Assembly: GCF_001194135.2 (NCBI RefSeq)
Contig: NC_068987.1
Location: 29,954,091 to 30,018,090 of the forward strand
Direction: 5' to 3'
Source: Octopus bimaculoides
Taxonomy: Eukaryota
DNA: 64,000 bases
The notes below the pieces were generated by a model. The model saw only the letters and a list, made by a program, of their open reading frames with translations. It ran no database searches and was not told the origin of the DNA. Shown piece by piece: positions 49,614-63,140 of this stretch. The translations under genes were made by a program, and so were the position numbers. The first letter of the stretch is position 1. Every line of letters begins with the position of its first letter.

Positions 49614-49977
49614 CAGTGAAACAGTATTAGCGATGGAGGCAGTATCAATATCGAGAGGTGATACGTATCCCCGCTTAAATGTGGAATCTCTGTGAGAACA
49701 AACTATACTAAGGTACATACCATGAAAAAAACTCTCTTATTGGCTTCTGGTGCAAAATGAGATTATAATTCTACTTCAAATATGGTCACTACTCAGAAAT
49801 AAATATGACTATTAGGTGGGCAACATAATTGAGAAAGAAGGGAAGTCATATATACGGTGTTCGGGCTAAATTTGACCGTTTGCATAAAAGGAAAAGAAAA
49901 CACAAAAAATCCCATCTAAAAATAAAAGTGTTTTAACTAATCAGAAACTATTGACTAGATTATGACTGGGAGATAAC

Positions 49978-50400
49978 CGTAGGAGTGGCTGTGTGGTAAG
50001 TAGCTTGCTTACCAACGACATGGTTCCGGGTTCAGTCCCACTGCGTGGCACCTTGGGCAAGTGTCTTCTACTATAGCCTCGGGCCGACCAAAGCCTTCTG
50101 AGTGGATTTGGTAGACGGAAACTGAAAGAAGCCTGTCGTATATATGCATATGTATATATATGTATGTGTGTTTGTGTGTCTGTGTTTGTCTCCCCCACCA
50201 CCACCGCCATCGCATGACAGCCGATGCTGGTGTGTTTACGTCCCCGTAACTTAGCGGTTCGGCAAAAAAAGATCGATAGAATAAGTGCTAGGCCTACAAA
50301 GAATAAGTCCTGGGGTCGATTTTCTCGACTAAAGGCGGTGCTCCAGCATGGTCACAGTCAAATGACTGAAACAAGTAAAAGAGAGTAAAAGAGAAAAGAG
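49978..50400 (+). mobile_element. SINE family A, full length
   Basis: Matches A. Confidence 0.9.
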
Positions 50401-50570
50401 AGTTTATTCAAAGTAGCCGCCATCAGAAGACAGCTCCAGAATCTGGCGCATGCGTTCCTCACTGTGTTCTTGAGATCTTCGAACACCTCCTTTGATCTTG
50501 GCCACCAGCTCGGCCTTAGCGTTGCAGGCAGTGCGATTGATGATCTTCTTAACCGCTCCTCACACATAGG
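50401..50570 (-). pseudogene. C-terminal fragment of the same DD37D transposase family as 12258-12940
   Basis: Nucleotide similarity to about 12300-12400. Encodes KEVFEDL-KNTVRNACARF...GGYFE*. Confidence 0.75.
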
Positions 50571-50782
50571 TATTTATGGGTTTACTGTTGGGGGGAATTA
50601 GGAGGCCAGAAATTGAGGTTGGTGGAAGTTGTACAAATTCTCTAATAACCACTTCTGACTCTTTCCGGTGGTATAACAAGGAGCCGAATCCTGCTGCCTC
50701 ACATGAGGCTACTAATCCCAAGATTCTGAGTTCGATTCCAAGCAGTGACCTGAATAATAATAACAACAACAACAACAACAAC

Positions 50783-50838
<56 letters not shown>

Positions 50839-50854
50839 TGATGATAATAATAAT

Positions 50855-51378
50855 AGGCAGTGGCTCTCATNNNNNNNNNNNNNNNNNNNNNNNNNNNNNN
50901 NNNNNNNNNNNNNNNNNNNNNNNNNNNNNNNNNNNNNNNNNNNNNNNNNNNNNNNNNNNNNNNNNNNNNNNNNNNNNNNNNNNNNNNNNNNNNNNNNNNN
51001 NNNNNNNNNNNNNNNNNNNNNNNNNNNNNNNNNNNNNNNNNNNNNNNNNNNNNNNNNNNNNNNNNNNNNNNNNNNNNNNNNNNNNNNNNNNNNNNNNNNN
51101 NNNNNNNNNNNNNNNNNNNNNNNNNNNNNNNNNNNNNNNNNNNNNNNNNNNNNNNNNNNNNNNNNNNNNNNNNNNNNNNNNNNNNNNNNNNNNNNNNNNN
51201 NNNNNNNNNNNNNNNNNNNNNNNNNNNNNNNNNNNNNNNNCGCGCACATATGGTTGTGATGCATGTGCCTGGTGTACCTTTATCAGACGGGTAGTCATGA
51301 TGGGTATAATGGGCTTCATATATTTTACCCCAGTGTCACTTTGATGGCAAGGACTGCTCTTTTGCTCAATAATAATAA
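50855..51378 (+). mobile_element. SINE-like family E, body hidden by a 370-N gap, (AAT)n on both sides
   Basis: AGGCAGTGGCTCTCAT before the gap and the matching 3' end after it. The copy at 4002 has 373 nt between the same anchors. Confidence 0.75.
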
Positions 51379-51530
51379 TAAAATCGAAAAATACTTTAGA
51401 AATGAGAACATAAGTTGGAAATTTCCCCAAGACACCTGATGAAGGCTGGAGGGTATATCAGCCGAAACGTTGTGTTAACAACAAACAAGATGAGGACAAA
51501 TATCCGTCAAATGTAAATAATGTAAATAAT
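51379..51530 (+). mobile_element. Penelope-like terminal fragment, same family as 35191
   Basis: Near-identical to 35262-35392. Confidence 0.75.
51431..51476 (+). ncRNA. Minimal type-I hammerhead ribozyme
   Basis: GACAC CUGAUGA A GGCUG GAGGGUAUAU CAGCC GAAA CG U U GUGUU. Confidence 0.75.
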
Positions 51531-52324
51531 GTACCTTGAGCAAGTGTTTTGTATCTGAGCTTCAAGTCAACGAAAGAGTTGCGTATGAAATTCGATAGAT
51601 AAAAATTGCTTGACGCCTTGGAGAAACTGCTTCAGGGTCTGGCAGGTGGACTTAATCTGTCCCTTGTTTTTAACTTCGGGCCTCCGTTTCATGCATTTAG
51701 GTTAGAACTCTGATCTGAAGAGGACCTTATTCTTTCATCTCATCAGTCTTGAAAGCCCTAAAAGTATCCAAAAGACCCGGTCATTTTTTTTCTCTGAATC
51801 ATATAAAAAGAGAATTTTTTTTTTCGTATCTGTATCTTCTATTCTATTATCTCTTCTCTGTCTCCCCTCCACCCCACCTCTCTCTCTCTCTTTTACACAC
51901 ACATACATTTTCCCTCTCATATACATACACTCAGTCACACACACACACACACTCACACGCACTTACATACACTTACTCGCGCATAAATACACACATACAC
52001 ACACACACACACACACCACACACTCACTTGAACATACATACACATACAAACGCACACACACAAACACACGTACCACACGTGCACATCCCACTCACAATAT
52101 ACGTTCAGAGAAGGAAGATCATCATAAATGCCATTTCTCAGGATCTTTGAAACTAGAGAAACTAATAAAGGAAGTTATCCTCAAATCGATGACCTGACTC
52201 GAATGCTTACAACAGATTGACCCCCTACTCAAAGCCCCCAAGAAACAGATATTAGCGTTATGTCAACCTCGTAAAACTTTTCATTTAAACGAATTATGTT
52301 TATTGTGCTCTTCAAAGGGTATGA

Positions 52325-52580
52325 TCGCGAATACAAGCAGCCGAAAAGGAGTTCCTCTGAAGGATCTCTGGAGCAACGTGACTCGACAGGGTACGTAGGT
52401 CCGAGATCAAGGAGTCCCTTCAGATCGAGCCGCTACTTCTCCACATTGAGGGATTACAGCTCCAGTATTATAAACATATGATTAGAATGTTACAGGAAAG
52501 AATCGCATGACATATTCTTCAAGCCGAACCAACCAGTAGGAGACCTTGGAGTAGACCAAGATGGTTGGTTAATGTCCTTA
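52325..52580 (+). pseudogene. RTE-clade LINE ORF2 C-terminal remnant
   Basis: SRIQAAEKEFL*RISGAT*LDRVRRSEIKESLQIEPLLLHIEGLQLQYYKHMIRMLQERIA*HILQAEPTSRRPWSRPRW. Confidence 0.85.
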
Positions 52581-53520
52581 ATCTCAGATGTTCATGCTAG
52601 GGAACCCAACCAGAAAACGTAATGACGGTTGCTTCTAATAGGCCCCTATGGAGAGAGATGCCTTAAGATTCCATCCCCACGGCCCTCCCAGGTATAGTGA
52701 GCGGTGAAGATGGATGGGCGTTTATCGTATTTTGTTGTAGTAATTTAAACCACGATCTTCCCTAAATATATTAGACTAGGCCCCACTATAACCTTCCAGA
52801 AAAATCTATGCCCCACCAGTGGTTGGAAATAAACAACTTTATTTTTAATATTTTATCACAATTATTTAATAGGAAAGAATCTACCGGTAGCTCTTTTATT
52901 AAATACTGAGTACAAAAAAATGTACATTATTGACTAAGAAAAAAGTGAATCACTTTAATGAGAAGTTTGTGCCTGACGACTACGCCCCACCACAATTTTT
53001 CCAAACCCCACCGATGGGGCATATGACCCACACGTTGGGAATCACTGGACTACATGGAGTAATGTGGTCTAGAAACGACCTGGAGTAAAAGATAGATGGA
53101 AGTGTTATGGTTTGAACATCTTTTGATCATGTCTGCTCGATGGCTGATCATGAGCTAAATGAATGACTAAAACATTCCAGATTTCTTTCCTATATAGATT
53201 TTAGGACATTAATTTCAATAACATTTCATCCTCTAAAAGAAATATTTCACCTTCATTTTTGTAATGAATTACTCTTACCTTCTCGGTCCAAATCCCAACT
53301 TTAACATTTATCATTCCAGAGACGATAGAATCAAAGTACCAGTCAAATAATAGGGTCTATATAATCGACCATACAACTCCCTTGAAAAACGTTGCACTGT
53401 GTCTCACCCCGACATACCCTTCTTTCCATACCCTATTTTATGTAATCTCTTGCACAAATTGTAACCTACTTTAGTAATGCACCTGATATGATGACCCTGT
53501 AACAAATAAAGAAATTTTCC

Positions 53521-54432
53521 TCTGTCTTCATATTCTGAGTTCATATTCCACCGAGGTCGACTTTGCCTTTCATCCTTTTCGGGGTCGATAAATCAAGTAC
53601 CAGTTGAGTACTGGGATCGGTGTAATCGACTATCCCCCACCCCAAATTTCAGGCCTTGTACCNNNNNNNNNNNNNNNNNNNNNNNNNNNNNNNNNNNNNN
53701 NNNNNNNNNNNNNNNNNNNNNNNNNNNNNNNNNNNNNNNNNNNNNNNNNNNNNNNNNNNNNNNNNNNNNNNNNNNNNNNNNNNNNNNNNNNNNNNNNNNN
53801 NNNNNNNNNNNNNNNNNNNNNNNNNNNNNNNNNNNNNNNNNNNNNNNNNNNNNNNNNNNNNNNNNNNNNNNNNNNNNNNNNNNNNNNNNNNNNNNNNNNN
53901 NNNNNNNNNNNNNNNNNNNNNNNNNNNNNNNNNNNNNNNNNNNNNNNNNNNNNNNNNNNNNNNNNNNNNNNNNNNNATTATTACTATTATTACTAAGGCA
54001 GCGAGCTGGCAGAATCGTCAGCACGCCGGGCGAAATGCTTAGCACTATTTCGTCTGCCGCTACGTTCTGTGTTCAAATTCTGCCGAGGTCGACTTTACCT
54101 TTTTATCCTTTCGAGGTCGATTAAATAAGTACCAGTTACGCACTGAGGTCGCTAAAATCGTTTAGCCCACTCCCAACAAATTTCAAACCTTGTACCTATA
54201 GTAGAAAGGATTATTGTTATTATTATTCGTTTGCACGCCGGGCAAAATGCTGAGCGGCATCTCATCCGTCTATACGTTCTGAGTTCAATTTCCGCCGAGG
54301 TCGACTTTACCTTTCGCCCTTCCGGAGTCGATAAAATAAGTACCAGTTGAGCACTGGGGTTGATGTAATCGACAACCACTCTCCCCCACAAAAATGTCGG
54401 GTTTTGTGTCTATAGCAGAAAAGTTTATCATA
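53521..54432 (+). mobile_element. Array of at least three head-to-tail SINE B copies, interrupted by an N gap
   Basis: Copies at about 53521-53662, 53994-54227 and 54228-54432, separated by (TTA)n. Confidence 0.88.
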
Positions 54433-54562
54433 TTTTTTATTTGTAGAGGTCGGCGTTCGTTTACTTGCTCCGTTTGATTGAGGAATTTTAGCAAGCTTAC
54501 CGTTTTTCCATTTCGGATTACTTTCAAATAAAGAACCATACAAACCCATAAACATTCGCTTT

Positions 54563-54954
54563 GTTGTTGTTGTTGTTGTTGTTGGCACTCCGTCGCTTAC
54601 GACGTCGAGGGTACCAGTTGGTCCGGAACAGCCTGCTCGTGAAATTAACGTGCAAGTGGCTGAGCACTCCACAGACACGTGTACCCTTAACGTAGTTCTC
54701 GGAGATATTCAGCGTGACACAGTGTGAAAAGGCTGACCCTTTGAATTACAGGCACAACAGAAACAGGAAGTAAGAGTGAGACAAGGTTATGGTGGAAGAG
54801 TACGGCAGGGTTCGCCACTATCCCCTGCCGGAGCCTCGTGGTGCTTTAGGTGTTTTCGCTCAATAAACACTCACAACGCCCGGTCTGGGAATCGAAACCG
54901 CGATCCTATGACCGCGAGTCCGCTGCCCTAACCACTGGGCCATTGTGCCTCCAC
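54563..54954 (-). mobile_element. SINE family D, full length
   Basis: Perfect 13-bp TSD AAACATTCGCTTT at 54550-54562 and 54955-54967. Confidence 0.92.
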
Positions 54955-56104
54955 AAACATTCGCTTTATACCCAAGACAAACAAGAAATGAGGGTTTTTT
55001 TTTTTTAGACGTATAAATTTTGTGGTTTACATCTCTTTTTACAATGGCTACTCGTTCTAAAGAAGCTGGGAATGCACTCAAGGAAACTGATTGAACTTAA
55101 TAACACTGAGTACGAAACAAGAAAAACACTTTATTGAATGGGCAAATATATACGGTTAAGTACTGAAAAACTTAATTAAACTAGTAGATACATAATTAAA
55201 TGCCGCACTTTTAGCAAATTAAAACCTTAACTTTTTGGCAAGAATTATCGTATTTCATTTCAAGGCAGTGTAAATTTAATTAATAAAGAATTGATTTTTG
55301 TTTTCGTTTTGTTTGGGGTTTTCTCGTAGTTTGTTTTTCCCCCAGGGTATCTCTGTATGGTTTCATATGTTAAACAAACAGGTGATCCTACAAGAGCATC
55401 AAAGCTGAGCTTGTCCCACTTTCCGTGATCTAAAGGCCATTGAGAGTCCTCGGAGAAGGTAACCCCTTAACTGTTGCTGATACCCGTTTCAGTTGAGTAG
55501 AGTAGAGTAGAGCAACATCGTTGAAGTCCGTTGCTTAAAGACACAACACACTACCCGATCCGTGAATCGAAACTACGCCCCTACGATCGTGAGTGCAACA
55601 TCCTAACCACAAGTACGCGCGCTTTCATATTGATAGCCACCGTTTAAGCAATTGTAAAGATATTGTTTAATTTAGAATTGACGCTGCAAATGTTTCCATC
55701 CTTGTTTTACTGTTGCATGTAGCACCAGACGTCTTGGTGAGCTGCTGCTGATGTTCCGTCCCCGGTCGGCTTTCATTGGGCAGATTCATTCATTAAAAGC
55801 GCTCCATCCAGGCTCATCACGTTTCTTCTTTTTTTTTTTTTTTTTTTTTTTTTTTTAGCAATATCATACACAAGACTACTTTAGCTATTAAATCCGTTTA
55901 AAAAAATGGTAGCATGGAACGTGGTGAAAGGGAAGGATTTTGGCTGTTATTTCTAGGAAAATTAACGACTACATTGTGGCTGCTTCGTTGTGTTTCGGGA
56001 AGTCTAGTTTGTTTTCCTGGTGTTGAGAATCCAGCCCACAGATAAAAACAATCGTGGATATTTAATCTCTGTGTTTACTATGCCAGGGCATCTGTATTAG
56101 TGTG

Positions 56105-56154
<50 letters not shown>

Positions 56155-57819
56155 CGTGCGTGTGCGCGGGTGGGTGTGCGTGTGCGTGTGTGTGTGTTCC
56201 AAACTAACAATCAGCTACTGATTGGAAAACAGCGGTACAAGGGAAATAACTCTTTCATTACTGGCGTGAAATACTGAGTTTGCCGCATAACTCTCCATGT
56301 TCCATAAGGAAAACGTCGCTACTCTGTTAGCTTAATACGATAAATTCCATCTCTCCGGCAAAGGCAAACAATGTTGACAACAGCCAAAATATCATCATAT
56401 AACTAATAAACAAGTCTTTATATAGTAGGGTCTCACGTAAGAATGAAAATCTTCTTTAAATTGACATTAACCAAGCAATTGATGAACAAAATCTCCTGCG
56501 AGAGATGTTAAAGAACTAATATAGTGCAACATTTTTTTTTTTCTTTTTATGTGGTCTTTGGTCAGTAACTTATTTCCTGTTGACTTCTATCTAGAAATCA
56601 GAAATTCCCTGGATAACAATGTTTTAACCTATTTTCCATTACATTTCACACAGATTCTGCGCTTAATTGCTGAAGCAGAAATATCTTTATATCAAATATA
56701 TTGATGAAGCAGAAATATCGTTATAGCAAATATTCTGCTCAATAGCACAGATTTGCTTGACCTTAACCACTTGTGCATATCCATTAGTGGCTGACAATAT
56801 GTGCGTCTCTGATCATGAACAGGAGTAATGGAGGAGCATCATAGCCGTGTGTTGAGAGGGATTCTTTGGAGTTTGAATAAATGTACCAATAGCAAAGTTT
56901 GAAGGAAATATTAGCCATTTTTCATTCTTTCTAGGGGTAAACAAACACGAAATAACAGTTGCTACAGAAGGTCAAAATTCGTGTTGGACAGTAATGAAAG
57001 AACAAGGGAAATAACTGCATATAGATGCTCGAAATTTTTTGACACTATAATAGACAACTCTTCTCTAGAAGCGGGCCGCACTTCTGAAATTAAATTCGAG
57101 GAAACTTTTTACCAGGTATGCCATTCAGAAACCCCCGCGGGGCGCAGGTTGCCATGAGTGCTGTATATATCTGTAATGCAGATTAGAGTAGAACTGGTCT
57201 TCAAAGCCAACTTGTGAAAGCAACAGATATATCTTCTTTATGAAATAAACATGTTAAAACCAGTAATTCACGTCACACTCTATCCTCCCAGTACTTCTAT
57301 AGTTCCTAAAATTTCCCGCTCCGTAACGATAGATAACCTCAGCTGTCACATGCTGTGACGCACTCTCCAACGGGAACTTGGTGTGTTCAGCTACCAGCCC
57401 AGGTTCCATTGCTCTTCATGCTGAGAAAGCAAACTGTCAAAGTATCAGTCGCTCTCCAACGGGTTTATATTATAGTTGAGCCTGTGACAGTAGAGACCTT
57501 CGATGTTCTCGGCCTCCGGACTATATCCTTATTCACCACTACCGGGGGTGGCGACAGTTGTCCGCAAGTGCGATCTCCATGAGTCAGAATGGTTGTTCCA
57601 GCGCATCTTCCTCGCCATCTTCTGGGGGAAATGCCTTTTCCAATTTGTTTGCTGGGACCATGCGGCAGTCTGAATTACGAGAAATCGAGAGAATGTACGA
57701 ATTTCGAAGCTTACTGCACGAACAATAAACTTATTCCAAGTAAAAGAATGAAAAATATCTGTCAGAATGTTACTACAATAACTATCTCTGCTCCTCTCAA
57801 CTAATATCTGACAGTAGAC

Positions 57820-57990
57820 TAGGTGGCGAGCTGGCTGAATCGTTAGCACGCCGGGTAAAATGCTTAGCGGCATTTCGTCCGTCTTTATGTCCAATGTTCA
57901 AATTCCGCCGATAACTTTGCCTTTCATCTTTTGTGGGTTGATAAAATAAGTACCGATTGAGCACTGGGGTCGATGTAATCGATTTTACAC
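57820..57990 (+). mobile_element. SINE family B
   Basis: AGGTGGCGAGCTGGCTGAATCGTTAGCACGCCGGG... Confidence 0.8.
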
Positions 57991-58849
57991 TACCTCATGA
58001 TTGTGAGCCCGAAGTTCTAACCACTGATCCATGCGCCTTCTTGGGCTGTATAAGCAACTTTTATTATTTTTTTTTTGCTTGGGAGCCCAGGTGGAGGGTT
58101 AAGTTAGACACAGGGACTCGGTTCTGAGAAGGCTAATGGTGATCTCCACTACACAGATGTTCTTCGATGCCCCTTACATCTAAAGTGTGCTTACCATCTT
58201 TCTCTTATCACCTCTCTTCGTAATTCGGTTTAGGGTTGGTGCTAAATAAGGGTGAGAAGCAGCGGTCCACACTACAAAGACATTCCTGAGCACTCTTTCT
58301 GAAATCGCCAGTGTTGTTTTCCAATTTGATCTAAAATAAATTCTTTCAATTCAATCAGACATTATATCATCTTAACCTTGGTAGAGATGGCTTCAAAAGA
58401 TCTCTCAGCTTGGCAGTGCATCCACCCTAACCCAGGAGATGAATAGGATTACTCCTTCGATCTTACACTTTGTGTTGGGTGTAATGATTTATATGTACCA
58501 AATAAATGACAAGAGAGAAATATTATTCAAAATGGCCTTTATTTTAACAATACAGTATAAGAAGCAACTTCTTCGAGTTGAAGTTGTACAAAGATTATTT
58601 GCAATTGGGTTATTCATTTTGTAGATAGTTGTGTTCATCTATCTTGGTGACTATTAGAAGGTAGATGGAAGAAGGAAAGAGAAAGAGTAATAGAATTTAC
58701 CAGTTTGAGTTGACAAGTAGAGAGTGTGAGACTTGAGTAGTCCCTCGGCGACAAGTCATTACTTTTGGGCAGGCACCAGGCAAAATGGATAGAACTGAGT
58801 TTGGGTACTGTATTTATAAATGCTGGAAAACTGAATGTAGGTCAGAGAA

Positions 58850-59000
58850 CAATGGAAAGTAAAGAGGTTTGTTTCTGTTGAACTGTATTCAACCTAAGAA
58901 TCTTAACTTAAGCAATAAAACTTAACTCAGTGTAACAGTTGACCCTCATAAATCTCTAAGTACTACTGCTGAAGTGATTCGCTACATGAGTATCAATGAT
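58850..59000 (+). pseudogene. Possible decayed LINE gag-like ORF1 fragment
   Basis: VTVDPHKSLSTTAEVIRY resembles the VxPHxSLNxxKGVI motif of I/Jockey-group ORF1 proteins (from memory). Confidence 0.35.
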
Positions 59001-59243
59001 CTGAAGGTCTGGTAACTTAACATTGCATGTCTGGCAGGGTGAGGGAAGATACAGTCCTCAATACGGCAAAGTTGATAATTAAGGATCTTGGTCATAGGAG
59101 TTTTCAAGTTAAATAATCTAAATGTGAATTCATTTTCACATCAGTCTATGGTGGTACTATTCAATGAATTCTTTTGTTGCATCATTGTCCTTCCACAAAT
59201 AGTGTGGCAATCCCTTGGGGGCCCAATTTCCGATCTTGCTTTC

Positions 59244-59640
59244 ACTCTTTTAATTGTTTCAGTCATTTGACTGCGGCCATGCTGGAGCACCGCCTTTAGT
59301 CGAGCAAATCGACCCCAGGACTTATTCTTTGTAAGCCTAGTACTTATTCTATCGGTCTCTTTTGCTGAACTGCTAAGTTACAGGGATGCAAACACACCAG
59401 CATTGGTTGTCAAGCGATGTTGTGGGGACAAACACAGACACACAAACACACATACATATATATATATATATACATATATACAACGGGCTTCTTTCAGTTT
59501 CCGTCTACCAAATCCACTCACAAGGCTTTGGTCGGCCCGAGGCTATAGTCGAAGACACTTACCTAAGGTACCACGCAGTGGGACTGAACCCAGAACCATG
59601 TGGTTCGTAAGCAAGTTACTTACCACACAGCCACTCCTGC
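59244..59640 (-). mobile_element. SINE family A, full length
   Basis: Reverse-complement match to A. Confidence 0.9.
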
Positions 59641-60121
59641 ACCTTATTTGAAAGAATTTAGTCAAAACTGTCATTTTGTTTACAGAATGAAACTGTTAAA
59701 TTGTTGAAAACTCATGTTTGTGTTTTATTCTTCATTTTGTTGTTTGACCATGCTTGCAAGGTTTTTAGATATTTTCTCACACATTCCATCAAGAGCCATT
59801 TGCTTAGCTCTTCCCCACCAGGGTCCCACAACTATTACTTTTTGCTTCTTGATTTATAATCACCCAATTAAATAAAACAACTTTTGCAATTTAACATATA
59901 ATTTATATTTTGACACATACTTTGCACACTCACAGCCAGAGACAATGAATTCTTTTTCAAGTATGTGACTGGTTGCAAGTACTCACCTTTAAAAAGGATC
60001 AAAAAGACCAAAATGCATCGGTCGATCTCGCTGGCTGCTGCCACAACAAATGCTTGTCTCTCTCTGATGTTTAAGAAGTTCAGAGGGCTAATGTATGTAT
60101 ATATAAAAATACATATACACA

Positions 60122-60159
<38 letters not shown>

Positions 60160-60592
60160 NNNNNNNNNNNNNNNNNNNNNNNNNNNNNNNNNNNNNNNNN
60201 NNNNNNNNNNNNNNNNNNNNNNNNNNNNNNNNNNNNNNNNNNNNNNNNNNNNNNNNNNNNNNNNNNNNNNNNNNNNNNNNNNNNNNNNNNNNNNNNNNNN
60301 NNNNNNNNNNNNNNNNNNNNNNNNNNNNNNNNNNNNNNNNNNNNNNNNNNNNNNNNNNNNNNNNNNNNNNNNNNNNNNNNNNNNNNNNNNNNNNNNNNNN
60401 NNNNNNNNNNNNNNNNNNNNNNNNNNNNNNNNNNNNNNNNNNNNNNNNNNNNNNNNNNNNNNNNNNNNNNNNNNNNNNNNNNNNNNNNNNNNNNNNNNNN
60501 NNNNNNNNNNNNNNNNNNNNNNNNNNNNNNNNNNNNNNNNNNNNNNNNNNNNNNNNNNNNNNNNNNNNNNNNNNNNNNNNNNNNNNNNNNNN

Positions 60593-60642
<50 letters not shown>

Positions 60643-60871
60643 CACATGTACACATATCCATAAGAATCAGTTACTAGTAGGTACAGTACAATATTCCTAT
60701 TAGAGAGTGTATAAGAGAAGAAATAAGAGTAAAATAGAAGTAAGCAATAGAGTTTGAGAAGAGTAAAACTTTGTAGAAATGAAAAGATATATGAAAGGAA
60801 AAATATATATACATATACAAACATATACATATATATATATATATATATACATATACATAGAATAGACACAT

Positions 60872-61392
60872 ACATATTTTATGCATTGCCTTCCAATATT
60901 CATGTTATAACTAGTGGTGGATCGAAGGGTATAGTCATTTTTAATATGAGTTTTTTAAGAAGGATGGATTCATGCAGTGGTTCATATTTTCCTTACATAT
61001 AAATATGAACATATGATATGTCTATAGATGAGGGTTTAAGAATATGGTCCACATTATGGAAGTGAAAGCTTATATTAATAGTTATGATAGCAGTTGGTAC
61101 CAAAGATAGTAAAGCTCCAAGTAGTGACCAAGATACTGTATTAGTTTCCGTTATTTTTCCGATCAACAAGTTACTGAATCCCTGTGTGTAGTTGGGAGGA
61201 GATGTATGGTCAGTCCCGTAACTAAATTGGTCAGCTATTTTTTTGGAAAGCCTATGACGCTGTTTTGGTTGGTTAATGGTTAACAGATGACATAAAAGCA
61301 AATTAGATAAAAATATATATATATAAATGCATAAAAACAAATAACCCATGGTCAACTATAGGCAGGTAGAAGAGTAAAGTAAAAATTAACAT

Positions 61393-61394
<2 letters not shown>
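60872..61394 (+). repeat. Left arm of an unclassified ~530-bp inverted duplication
   Basis: Reverse complement of 63141-63690 (roughly 85% by eye), e.g. CTAGTGGTGGATCGAAGGGTATAGT versus ACTATACCCTTCGATCCACCACTAG. Confidence 0.9.
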
Positions 61395-61444
<50 letters not shown>

Positions 61445-63140
61445 GTTATATGTAGTAATCTGGATATGTATGTGTAGTCACAAGTGAGGACATATGTATA
61501 CATATAAGCTCATACTTGTACAGGTATATATGACAAACTATGTAGGATTCCATAGATTCATTTGGGATATTTTCACACATATTTTGAAAATGAATATACT
61601 CATATATAAATATGTGGAGTTCAGGATGAAGATTTGGGCTTGGTTGGTTCTGTATATATATACTGGAGTACACGTGTTGATCTAGGTATAAGAAAATATA
61701 TATATCTGATTGGTATTCTAATTGGAGTATTTGTAGATCTATAGATATATTTATGTAATCATATATTTATATTTATGTGTATACATATGTGGGGAGTTTA
61801 AAATATAGGTAAAGACAAGTATGGTTTTGCATACAAAATGTTGTGCACACATGGGTTATGGTGTAAATGTATATCTGATTGGTATTAATATTGGGGCACT
61901 TGGAGATCTGTAGATACACTTATGAATCATNNNNNNNNNNNNNNNNNNNNNNNNNNNNNNNNNNNNNNNNNNNNNNNNNNNNNNNNNNNNNNNNNNNNNN
62001 NNNNNNNNNNNNNNNNNNNNNNNNNNNNNNNNNNNNNNNNNNNNNNNNNNNNNNNNNNNNNNNNNNNNNNNNNNNNNNNNNNNNNNNNNNNNNNNNNNNN
62101 NNNNNNNNNNNNNNNNNNNNNNNNNNNNNNNNNNNNNNNNNNNNNNNNNNNNNNNNNNNNNNNNNNNNNNNNNNNNNNNNNNNNNNNNNNNNNNNNNNNN
62201 NNNNNNNNNNNNNNNNNNNNNNNNNNNNNNNNNNNNNNNNNNNNNNNNNNNNNNNNNNNNNNNNNNNNNNNNNNNNNNNNNNNNNNNNNNNNNNNNNNNN
62301 NNNNNNNNNNNNNNNNNNNNNNNNNNNNNNNNNNNNNNNNNNNNNNNNNNNNNNNNNNNNNNNNNNNNNNNNNNNNNNNNNNNNNNNNNNNNNNNNNNNN
62401 NNNNNNNNNNNNNNNNNNNNNNNNNNNNNNNNNNNNNNNNNNNNNNNNNNNNNNNNNNNNNNNNNNNNNNNNNNNNNNNNNNNNNNNNNNNNNNNNNNNN
62501 NNNNNNNNNNNNNNNNNNNNNNNNNNNNNNNNNNNNNNNNNNNNNNNNNNNNNNNNNNNNNNNNNNNNNNNNNNNNNNNNNNNNNNNNNNNNNNNNNNNN
62601 NNNNNNNNNNNNNNNNNNNNNNNNNNNNNNNNNNNNNNNNNNNNNNNNNNNNNNNNNNNNNAAATAAATAAATGTATTAATTGATTGAAGGATTGATTCG
62701 TTGATTAATTAAACAATTCAACACTATTACATAGTGCCATGCATTTAATGCCTTATATATAATATTATATATCTTATAAATATAATTTTAGCGATGAATA
62801 ACGACAACATAGAAAAACAAATAATTTATCCGGTCCATTCGATCTGTTGTCCCTTGTTAGGAATTATTCCTTATATCTTCCGACATATATTAATCCCCTG
62901 TATTGCCCCTATATTGTGGTTTAAAATATACAATTGATTCCCCTAATTAGATAGATATATGATTTACATTTATTGTATGGAGTTTTATACCTTTGTAATA
63001 ACTTATTTTTCGTATGCAGTCTATTAAGATCATATCCCCTCAGTCATATCACTCTAATTTATCATACTCGCTAACTTGTCTATTTATCTACATTTTATTT
63101 ATATTATATTAATTTAATTTAATCAAATCTAATCTAGTTT

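Noticed and set aside
51715-51760. CTGAAGA...GAAA on the plus strand and CTGATGA GAT GAAA on the minus strand
   Set aside because: No helix III or helix I pairing on either strand.
60993-61355. 120-aa hydrophobic ORF, considered as a NUMT or membrane-protein exon
   Set aside because: No resemblance to mitochondrial proteins I recognise. The frame is broken in the second arm and differences are mostly non-synonymous.
59965-62671. Long ORFs in the supplied track rich in X, YI, CV, HT or N
   Set aside because: Artefacts of N gaps and (TA)n, (TG)n or (AAT)n microsatellites. The same applies to most short ORFs inside SINE families A-D.
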